DNA from: Phoronis australis
Lineage: Eukaryota > Animalia > Phoronida
Length of the DNA: 64,000 nucleotides
Direction: 5' to 3'
NCBI GenBank assembly: GCA_002633005.1
Contig: NMRA01000263.1
Coordinates: 203,389 to 267,388, forward strand
The notes beneath the pieces were generated by a model, which ran no database searches, was not told the DNA's origin, and was given only the letters and a program-made list of their open reading frames with translations. The position numbers were made by a program, and so were the translations under genes. Of this stretch, positions 53,402 to 64,000 are shown piece by piece (the stretch's first letter is position 1; every line of letters begins with the position of its first letter).

Positions 53402-54088
53402 CAGTGTACACTACAGAAAAATGGTCAGAATTTCAATCTAACACTATAGTATATATTCTTTCCCAACAAATTCATAAAGTTGAAAGTTTGCATTTAAACC
53501 AAGGTAAGTAGATTAGCCATGGATAATATCACAGAATTGGGTTAACACATAAAAACACGAATGCAAAGTGGGTTTATTAAATTTTTACCAAAGCCACCTG
53601 TTGAGAGAGCCAGCTGACCCCTTTAAAAGAGTTAAAGCAAAATAGCAAAACGACAAACTAATCTGGTCAGGATCTATGGTCATATTAACTTATCCATCAT
53701 TTTAACACTTCAAATAAACTTGCTGTCACCTATTGCTATGATTAATGAAGTAAACTGACGATATACATGAAATGTTGCACTTTTGAATGACTAATTTTAT
53801 ATGGATGAGCCTTACCATACAACTTTACACTAAACTCTGTGAATGACTAACTTTATATAGATATAAGCCTTACCATAAAACTGGACACTAAACACGTTGA
53901 ATGATTAGTTTTACATGGATGAGCCTTACCATACAACCTTACACTAAACACTTTGCTTTCATAGCAAAGCTACTCAGACGAAAAAACACAAAAAGTGCAG
54001 CACATATTAGAAACACTGGGTAACAATTAACCTTTAACCTCATGCTCAATGGTACTGAAGAAACAAACACAGCAAGCATTGTTATATT

Positions 54089-55030
54089 GACTGTTCAATT
54101 AAAAAAACTGAAACTGAAAAAGTGAAATTTTCACACCAAAGATTTCTGTTCTTTTCCAACAATTCCTATTTCAAGATGATAATTTAATTAAGTATTGACT
54201 ACCGTGTTCGCCCTAATAAATGCCCAGGGTGCTTAGAAAAATTTGTTTCGGTGGTCGCTGCCTCGCGATCGTCGATAGCGCAACTTGAATTCTTGGATGA
54301 AAATACAGTTTCAACTCAACAAATTACCTACAAGAGCAATGCGGAACGTTGAACTGCGCCCACGAATGCATCGCAAATGGTGCGCTTTTAGGGTTGCTTA
54401 CTTGTGTCATAAAATGGGCACTAGATAGCGCAAAAAACATAACATCCGTCCGAAAATGGGAACATGTCATTGCTTCTTTAATAGAAAGCTATACACCAAA
54501 TTTCATAGAAATCCACCACGGAACTTCAGAGAAACAAAGGAAAACAGAATAAAATGAAANGACTGTTCAATTAAAAAAACTGAAACTGAAAAAGTGAAAT
54601 TTTCACACCAAAGATTTCTGTTCTTTTCCAACAATTCCTATTTCAAGATGATAATTTAATTAAGTATTGACTAAAGTGTTCGCCCTAATAAATGCCCAGG
54701 GTGCTTAGAAAAATTTGTTTCGGTGGTCGCTGCCTCGCGATCGTCGATAGCGCAACTTGAATTCTTGGATGAAAATACAGTTTCAACTCAACAAATTACC
54801 TACAAGAGCAACGCGGAACGTTGAACTGCGCCCACGAATGCATCGCAAATGGTGCGCTTTTAGGGTTGCTTACTTGTGTCATAAAATGGGCACTAGATAG
54901 CGCAAAAACATAACATCCGTCCGAAAATGGGAACATGTCATTGCTTCTTTAATAGAAAGCTATACACCAAATTTCATAGAAATCCACCACAGAACTTCAG
55001 AGAAACAAAGGAAAACAGAATAAAATGAAA
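54089..55030. repeat. ~471-bp direct duplication joined at an N (54560); likely an assembly overlap
   Basis: 54089-54559 and 54561-55030 are nearly identical and abut exactly at the N. Confidence 0.85.
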
Positions 55031-56131
55031 TTGCTGTTAGTGTTCACTGAATCCGCCTGAAAGTCGTCATTGTCTGTTGTTCCCTTCATATAAATACACT
55101 TGCTAAATTTAATAAAGATCCTCCGGTGGGTATAGGAAATACAGCTATGGGTGCAAATCAAAACAAAACTACTACTAGGAGGCACCAGAGTAGTCAAAGT
55201 CGTAATCATCAACTGTCCTCTTCACACTGAGAACATATACGCCAATTTTCAAAACCATCCTGAGAATGATTTGGTTGATAGGGAGGTAGACGTCAAAAAA
55301 CAGACTCAAAAACAGTGAAAATGGCCACTAGGTGGCGCAAAGTACCTCGATTCCATCCAAAAACGGGAGGATAGAGTCATCTCATCAATAGACTCCCGTA
55401 TTCAAAATTTTATGAAAATCTGTTGAGGACCTTTGAAGATACAGAGGTAAACGTAAAATTAAAATTCGTAAAATTAAAATTGCCACCAGGGGGCATACCA
55501 GTAGTCATATCCATCCCAAATCATCGTCAAAATTATGTAAATACACTTCTTAAATTTAGTGAAGATCCTACAAATGGTTTAGGAGATACAGCTATAGGGG
55601 CAAAAAACAACTGCCACTAGGAGGCGCCACAGGAGTCGAAGTCATCGGAAAATCATCGTCAGCCGTCCACTTCATAGTAAAACCATACATGCCAATTTTC
55701 ACAATTATTCTGAAAGCGGTTTGGTTTATAGAGGGGTGGACGCCAAAAAACAGACTCGAAAACAGTAAAAATGGCCACTAGGTGGTGCAAACTAGGTCGA
55801 ATCCATCTGAAAATGAAAAGATAGTGTCAACTCACTAGCACAAGCCTGTACCCCAAATTTCATGAAAATATGTTGAGGACCTTCGAAGATACAGAGGAAA
55901 AAGTAAAAAAATAAAATTGCCGCTAGGGGGAACACCGGTAGTCGGATCCGTCCGAAAGTTCGCTCATGCCGTCCCATCCATGAAAGACACATATGTGCAA
56001 AATTTCCTGAGCATACGTCAATTGGTTTTGGAGATAGAGCAGCGGACGCCAGACGCCGGACGGACGCCGCACGGACAGACGGACGCAGATGACGGCATAA
56101 TGCGTCCACATATAAATATGTGGGCGCATAA
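54802..56131. mobile_element. Helentron-associated (HINE / CvA-pearl-like) non-autonomous element with a tandem core-repeat array
   Basis: Absent from the 18722 copy of the host; no TSD; 5' subterminal TGCGCCCAC (54827) is the reverse complement of GTGGGCGCA (56120); ~150-bp core repeats; (GGAC/AGAC)n-like microsatellite at 56043-56095; 3' hairpin ATGCGTCCACATAT-AA-ATATGTGGGCGCAT at 56100-56129. Confidence 0.75.
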
Positions 56132-56423
56132 AAATCCTTAAGTTTTCCAAATACCGTCGCTTAGATTTTTAAGTTCCTGTGGAGTCGAGATTAACCACAG
56201 CTCAAGTCCAAATCTTCGTTAGATCGTACCCAGCAACACAAGAAAAATCTGGATGAACACACGTTGTTGTCACGTGATGTTTGTTTTGACGTTCGACAGC
56301 ATACGTGTGCCGAGTAAGCGCATGCGTGTCATCAGAGTTCATTTATCAGAGTAGCAGGCCTACATGTACGTAGCATGCGCTTCCCAGCCACGTGCTTTTA
56401 ACATTGGTCAAGTTTTTTATTAG

Positions 56424-56710
56424 TCTTCTCCTCGCGGGTTTTCACGTGTACAAAGAAATCTGGGTTCCCGTTGAGGGAAAAGATCTTTATGGGAAAGATA
56501 CAATACCATCCCGTTGACAAGTACACTGTGTCTGTTCTGAAAGGCCTGACCATAGTGGGACACGTTCCTCACAAGATCAGCAAAACTTTTGTGTTCTTTT
56601 TTAAGCACTGCGGAAGTTTGAAGTGTATAGTCACCACTAAATACCGACATAGCGGCAAGGCTCGTGGTCTAGAAATTCCGCGCACAATGATTTTTCAGGA
56701 CTGTCGGATA
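56424..56710 (+). pseudogene. Decayed HIRAN-domain-like ORF, second copy
   Basis: GFHVYKEIWVPVEG(frameshift)KIFMGKIQYHPVDKYTVSVLKGLTIVGHVPHKISKTFVFFFKHCGSLKCIVTTKYRHSGKARGLEIPRTMIFQ. Confidence 0.72.
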
Positions 56711-58494
56711 TAATTGATAAATTGAAAACGTTACAGTAGAATTATATAACTCTAGGTAAGGCATTTTTTCGCATGTATACACGTTCATGGTCTGGGCTCT
56801 TATTTTAGCCAAGTCTGAAAGGGTGTGGGGGCTTATAGGGGCATGGGCACTCATTAGGGCGAATACGGTATTTTTTTAAGATGTTAAAATTAAATTTGCT
56901 TTAGAATTCGGGACATTACACAGAGTGCAGTAGAACACAGATTTTAGTGTTAGGCAGACATTTTTGCATAACTTTTGACATTTTCATAAGCATGCAATAT
57001 TGTCATTATTGTCACAGCTCAGAGATCTGTGAATGTTTTTGGTCATTATTGTCATCAGTCAGTGAAAGTGTATCCAGCCATAAAGTTACACAGACCAGTT
57101 GATTACCTTGTGTTTGGAAACACAAGACTGGTTCAATTAACAACTCATTATGGGGAGAGCAGGGCAGCCCTTACAAAAACATGGGCTAATCACAGAAATA
57201 TGTGGTGTTAATTTGGATGTAGTCCAGCATCATGTTGAGCAATCAAGTCAAGTCAGCACAGATAATGGAGACTGCAGTGTTTATGAAATGAGGCCACTCA
57301 ACACATGCTTAGTTATCTTTGAAATGGAAAGCATTTCTGTTAACTTACTAATTTTGGAAAACTAAAAGTTTGTACATGGTTTATTCACAAGATGTAAAAT
57401 GACTATATTAACCAATGAATTAGACAAATTTTAATTGCTAACATTACTACTAAGCAAACACATTAAACTCGCTTCCATCACATCTGTTGCCAGAAAGTTG
57501 CAACACCTATACTTCAAAAGCTCTCAGAAGATATTCTTCAATTGGGTACGATAATAAATTGTTTGGCTGCTGCCATTTTTTAACTTTTCAAAGATCTGTA
57601 AGTATTTCGACAGTCAAAAACCGAGCAATGCTAACAACAAAAATGGTTGTCTGAGCTGCATAGAAAATCAAAAAATGTTCCATTTCATGACATACTGAGT
57701 GCCAAACTCAAGAGTTTTTACCCTCCGCACATAAACTTGCAAGCTTACCGTTTCTATAGCACCAATTCATAGTACTACATCTCCACCTCTGCATTAAAAG
57801 ATATGTGGTCTGGGCTCTGCTGAACTGCCCATAGTAAGACATTTCATTCTCTGTTTTAGACATGTGCAGACAAAGAAGGAGCAAAACTAATGAACCAAAC
57901 TATAGCCTCCATCCAATTTAACAAGAAAATCAAGTGGAACGTCAAACTGGTTCAGTACCTCTAAAAGATAAAAGGACTTAAAAATTAAAATTAAGTGAAT
58001 AGAAAGTGCCTAGACAAAACACCTGTGTACTTGATGTAACTGTCATGCAGGAAGTTCTTTAGTCCTTAAATACCATCGTACAGTCACCTATCAGCAAGCA
58101 AAAATAATTCATGTAAACCAAGCTTGCTGCTTTAAATACGGCTTGATGTCATTATTTTCAAGGCAGCTCTATCAGTAGGTGCAGGCATTGAGCTGCAAAC
58201 TTAGCTTGTGCACTCAAATGTAACATAGCCTCGCGTATGCGCCAAATGAAGTGTAAGAATATTTCCTCACCAGACAGTGAGGCGATTCTTTCACTTGTTT
58301 GATTTCCTACATCGCAAGCCCAAATCCTCAGAAGGCCCTTCCAACCAAAGGGAATGCTTAAATCGCCTCTTGGAATCAAGTTGAAATTTCATTACAATTT
58401 CACAATAAACTTGGCAAGTGAATTTTAATTGCACAGAGTCCACTAGTTAACATTAGGAACATAAAAATTCAGCGTCATGAGAAGATTTAATACA

Positions 58495-59815
58495 TTTATT
58501 ACAAAAGACAGATACACATATACCAATATACACAACACAACACAACTACAGAACTGTGCAAAAATATAATGAGAAAGCATTTCATTGTTACTTCCAAGTT
58601 AAAAAGTACTACTTAAATTTCTGTTCTGGCATCTGGTTAGCTCTCTGGGTCCCTTCATGTTTCAAAAACACACTTCCAATCTTCCCATTTTTTGTTTAAT
58701 TAAATTTCCATGTTTAATGAAGCACTAACTTTTACATTAAAACACACCCTCAAAAATTTTTAAGACACCTTAAATTAGGTTTGACGTTAGCAAATGTCAT
58801 TTTAAAAATGAAAATCTTAGTAGGAACCATTTCAAAATTCTATTCCCTTCATTTTGAATACAATGGTGGTTTTGTTTATTTCACAATTTATTTGCATTGC
58901 AGTCATTAACCAGAGATGTACTCCATGCCAGAAAGAATTAACATATTCACATTCAAAGAATAAATGTTCTAGAGTTTCGGGAAAGTATTTACAAAAAGTA
59001 CAAGCATTTGAGTCCGCATATCTAATCTTATTTAAAAAATAATTAGTGGGCAGAATTCTATGCAGTAAGCAGAACTGAAAGAAAAGAAAGCTTGTGTCAT
59101 TGGTGCATTCATGTGTAAGTTTGTATTAGAAATTCCACCTCTTCTCTGATGGCGAAAATCCCATACGAATTTCTTTTGTGCCGATGGTATTATGTCATTT
59201 TTGCACAGAATATGGTAAGAATACCGACATCCCTTTTTCATCAAAATAATATTTTTTAGAGAAAAAGGTACAAGTGGTCCATATATCTTTTTTAGTATTA
59301 AGTTTTTGGAAAACGTATTCAGATATTTTTTATTGCACTGACAATTGAATAATATTTGAGAAAGCTGACATTAATCTGATGAATCATTTGGAAACTTTCA
59401 ATGGTGTAGAAGTTACCGATCCAGTCTAAAAAATCGTTCACAAATATAAAACCTTTTTCAACGAATGACGCATAAATACAAGAGCTGTATTCCACCGTAA
59501 TTCTACTGTTGGCCCACACAATCATTGACACCACATCTTCATGACCTGAAATAGTTTGCTTGTGAACTAAAAGGCTCCAACACTGGAAGCATTCTCTCCA
59601 AAAAGAGTCACAATTATCCCATCTAGGTAACCTATAGTCTCCATAGTTCAACATTCCATCTCTAGTAATCCCGATATCTTTTTGCAACAAATAAGTCCAT
59701 GGAGATGTTGTTAAAAAGAATCTTCTAATCCATGAAATTTTTAAAGACATATTAAATTTTCGGAAATCAGTCATCCTCAATCCACCCTCTTCTATGGATT
59801 TAATGATAACTTTCT
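58495..59815 (-). mobile_element. 5'-truncated L1/Tx1-clade LINE (ORF2 C-terminal region and 3' UTR)
   Basis: KVIIKSIEEGGLRMTDFRKFNMSLKISWIRR...FWRECFQCW...WANSRI..., then FQFCLLHRILPTNYFLNKIRYADSNACTFCKYFPETLEHLFFECEYVNSFW (CCHC zf-RVT motif); AATAAA at the 3' end. Confidence 0.88.
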
Positions 59816-62800
59816 ATTTTTTATTTAAAAAAGACACTGGCAGACCTAGATTTCAACAAGGGCAGGATTTCACGAATTCACCCGAGTCTCCTCCGTTTAA
59901 TGAATAATTTCCAGTTTTCATCTGAAACTGTCCGTAATGAATCTTCATATTCAAGGATTAAACATATAAAAAAGATAAAACTTTTTAGTTAAAAACCCCA
60001 GTGTTACCAGCGACAACGGCTTTGCTGATTCGGTATCTCTTGTCACAAAGGGCAAAGGTCAGATTCATGTCGTGGGTAATGTCAACTGTTCATTCATGCA
60101 GTAGAGCCCGGGACCGCTGCAATACTGCATCCCCTAAATCTTTGTGTGAGGATAGCTAAAAAATAATCAATTAGTTATGATATTTCTTATTTAGCACGCA
60201 ACATGGCCAACAAATCAAATTCTATTTTGTCAAATTTCTCCACAAAAATAAAGATTAAGAAAATTTGAGTCTTATTGCTAGCATCATTTGTACTGAGTGG
60301 ATGTCAACTTTTTCATCAAATTTCAACTATTTTCAGTAAACTAATTAGCTTTAGAAAAATGGAAAATTACAGTTTTGCCAATTATTTTGTGAGAAATAAA
60401 TAGACAATAACTGCAACTACAAAGTAGACACTTGAAATCTGAGCAAAAAACAGCAAACCTGGCCAAGAGGTATTTTGCACATGACCTATATATCCACCCT
60501 TGTTTGGTTTATGCATCACTGCAATGAGGCACAATTTAGCATTTTTCGACAAAAAAAATCCACTAAGAATTTCTGATATCCATGATCAGTTTCCCTAGCA
60601 AAAAAACTTTAGATGTTTCCTCACTTTAGACTCAATACAGCAGAACAAATGTATTTTATTTTCACCTTGTCATTTTTTTAAACGGATAAAAACCAGCTTT
60701 TTTACAATGTTCTTGATTTTCAAGGGAAGCATTATTCATTTTTAATCATGGCTGTTACGGAAACAAGAACCTCTCAACTACAGTGGTTCTACACCATTGC
60801 ACCATGCGTTCTTTCTTGCCTACTAGCATGTCAGACTTCCGTGGCTTCAAAGCAATTCACCGCAGTTATGACATATCAAAAATACACGGGTGTTTAACTC
60901 AGTTTTGTTGTACTAAGGAAAGATAAATAATGTTTGTGACAGGAAAACTATGGGAAACTGAAGGCAGTGCTACATACAGTGAAATATTCATGACAATGTG
61001 TGCACATGAAGTAGAAATGTAATGACCAGGCCAAAAAGCATACTTTGCACTGCTCTTTGGTATTCTGAAAATGGAAATGATGGTATTTTTTTATCATTGT
61101 TCATTTTTTCAGAAGAAAAATCTAGTTGAGATGAGCAAAAGTGATGCTGGTTTTTTCTTTTTAAATCAACTCATGCCAGGTACAATGAGGTGGCTGTATG
61201 ATTGTGCCCTTAGCTGTGTCGAAAGCAGGTGGGGGGTGAACACTTGCACATGCCAGGCTGTGCATCATTTGCAGGTAACTATGTCTCACTTATCAAGTCA
61301 CACCATTAAAAACCTTGCTCGCATGTATTTGTGAGGCTTAAGTTGATATGATCAAGCACCTTTTTAGTAGTAAGGCACAAAATGAGTCAGGAGTGAACAC
61401 CAGAACAAATACTTTTTTTTGGCCCTATATTCAACGCATGTAAACTGTTTAATTAGTTAAAAGTGTTAGTCAGAGACTGAGTGACAACTGCTGCCCTCTA
61501 CTAGATATTCAAAGAAGACAATAAAGATTTAATGAAGATTTCAGTTTTCAACCTGAGAGAGTGTTCTTAGCAAAGTTTTCATCTAATGAAGACAGATATC
61601 AGCTTGGAACAGATGATTAAAACATAGCATTTCCCCCATGGTCCTTCATGTCAATAATGAGAAGAGTTACGTGCAGTATGTCACGTTGAACAAAAGACAG
61701 CAGCATGGATCAACTCAGACGTTGTTCAGATCAAAGGATAAGGACTGATGTACCTCAGACCATGGCAATGCATATTTCTGCATCTGAGAAAAGTACATTT
61801 TACACTTAACGAGGGAACTAGGTCATCCACAAGAAAATACCAAACTCATACTACTACCATGGTCTCAATCCTAGATTGCAATGAGTGGATTGCATATCAA
61901 CTGAGGCGAGAACTTAGTGGATGGTTTCCTACGGACATGTCAGACTTAGTTTACTGGCAATAAACTAATCCATCTTTTCCAACAGTCTTCACCGGTCAAC
62001 AACACTTACAGTGGTTAAACAACCATTCTCTTGGACCAAACTTTCACTTCTCCTTATACCTTATTAAAACCAAGGTTCATTCATCCAGGAATATAAACAA
62101 TTAATAAAAATTATTAATCTTTTTTCAGACAACTGTTGTTCAGAAGAATAATAAATTCAGAAAGTTTCTTACATAATAATTCATTGATTATGATAAAAAA
62201 CTCAACCAAATGAAAAATTTTCTATCATGCTTTTTGTTTAGTTACAAACATCTATTTACATTGATTAAATTACCCACCACTAACTCCATTACAATGTTTC
62301 TAATGAGAGCAGAATTTCTGACAACAGCCTGCCTCTTATAGTGCACACTAAGGCTTCTATTAAAAGATTTATGTTATTTTAGAAGCTTCTTCTGTGACTG
62401 CAGCAGAATCTTAATTTTCAATTTATTAAAATAATTCTGAAAAGGGTTTTTATAAACCAACTCTCAAACTTGATGATATCAAACTGAAAAATAATGGTAA
62501 TTGTTTTCCAACATGAGGTGCTCCAATGCTGCAAGATAAAGTCTACAGATACTTTCTAGGACAAATAAAGGTCATTTCCTCGACGAAATGCACCGTGATT
62601 CTCCTTAAAAAGACCACAAACTCTTGCAAAAATTATTTGTCTTTTAGCTAGGCTCTCAGCACAATTCTATTGCAAACAAATGCTGTAGCATGCAATGAGA
62701 AAAGATAATCCAACGATGCTGGTCAGCATTTTTTCAGCAGTGTGTCAATTTCACACTGAGCGGACCTATACAACAGGCCACATGTTGGCAAGGTGCAATG

Positions 62801-64000
62801 AGTTATGTGTAACTGCTGACAGGGAACATGTCCAACTCCTACTGTAAAAGGGCTTGAATTCATACAATATCTTGTCAACTCAACTAGAGGATTTCTACAG
62901 GCATTATTTCACGCTTCCTCGTGCTTCATTGGACTAAAAGCAGTAAGCGTCAGGGAAAACCGCTGGGACATCGTTGGGACACCGCGGAAAACGCTAGCAT
63001 GAAAAATGTTCATCAGCATGAGCTCAGTATATAAAATTGATAATGTGCAAAAGTCAAAGTTTCTGCCTCTATTGGAAAATTATTAGCAAAAGTTTTTTGC
63101 CTGGTTGAAAAGAATCATAATGTAGTAACCTGTACCCTTATATCATCGGCACATACACTTCATTTGCTCCAATAGTTATCTCTAGACTTAGGTTCTCATT
63201 TGAAATGAAGTGTCCTGTGGACTAAAATGTTAGGCATGCATGATAGCGATGTCAAAATGTCTTGCTTCTATACAAAGACAGCCACCATGTCTTCAAAATG
63301 GAAGACCGCCATGTCTTGTGAAAAAAGGACAACACAATCACACACCTCACTGAAAAGTAGCCTCCGGTCTCTAAAATCTCTTTCAAGTCCTCATTCAAAG
63401 GTCTAGCTTTAAGTCATTGCCACAAAACCATCATATACTCCATACTATAATATCAAAGTATTGTTTATCTACAACTAGAGTCCCCAGACCAGTTGACAAG
63501 CATTCTTTACAGGTCCAGCACACACATGTTTTGATTGCAGATAAATCTTGCATAATTATCTAACTTTTGTTGCTAACTATTCACTAACTCTTCAATAACT
63601 GCCACTCAGTGAGAAGCCTCCAAAAGGTTTAAAGAAACCAGCAATTCAATCTCAGAATAATAGAACATATAGACATTTTTCAGAGCAATCTGTCATCAGA
63701 ACCCATCCTTTCTTTTTTATAGAAGTTGTAAATTTCTCACTTTGATTGTAGTTCAAGTGAATGTAAGCCTTACATTTTAGGATGCATACAACACTCAAAT
63801 GCACATTAAACCAGCAACAGTGCAATAAAACTTCTAGATTTTTATCATAAAAAATATTCCTTTACAACGAATCAGGGAGTCTTCCAACCAATCACTTTAG
63901 TGGTAGTCATTTTGTGAGGCTATTTTAGTAGGCTACGAAGCATAATCACAAAAGATGTGTCATTTTGCATGCTCTTGCGTAATCATTCTCTTTCGCCAAG

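Larger units (their letters stand above)
54202..56868. mobile_element. Second copy of the Tc1/mariner(pogo)-like family of 18722-20098, interrupted by a nested element
   Basis: TA|CCGTGTTCGCCCTAAT ... ATTAGGGCGAATACGG|TA; 56132-56868 is colinear with 19055-20098, with internal deletions. Confidence 0.85.

Overview
AT-rich, intron- and repeat-rich animal genomic DNA (probably a marine invertebrate such as a mollusc; taxon is inference). There are two convergent host genes. On the + strand are the last four coding exons of WDR11 (6938-11075), whose final intron (9337-10893) is a U12-type (minor spliceosome) GT-AG intron. On the - strand is an NR1J/HR96(DAF-12)-type nuclear receptor in four coding exons (50341-50242, 23810-23617, 21126-20960, 18214-17410; 421 aa), with a 26.4-kb first intron and a tandemly duplicated 3' splice site. 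The rest is transposon relics and minisatellites. Two observations stand out. First, a TA-flanked Tc1/mariner(pogo)-type TIR family is present twice and carries a decayed HIRAN-domain-like ORF but no recognisable transposase. Second, a Helentron/HINE(CvA)-like element nested in one copy has ~150-bp core repeats (a ~445-bp higher-order trimer), each carrying a co-oriented CTCF-consensus motif, about 4.8-5.6 kb upstream of the receptor start codon. All calls are from reading by eye; no database searches were run.
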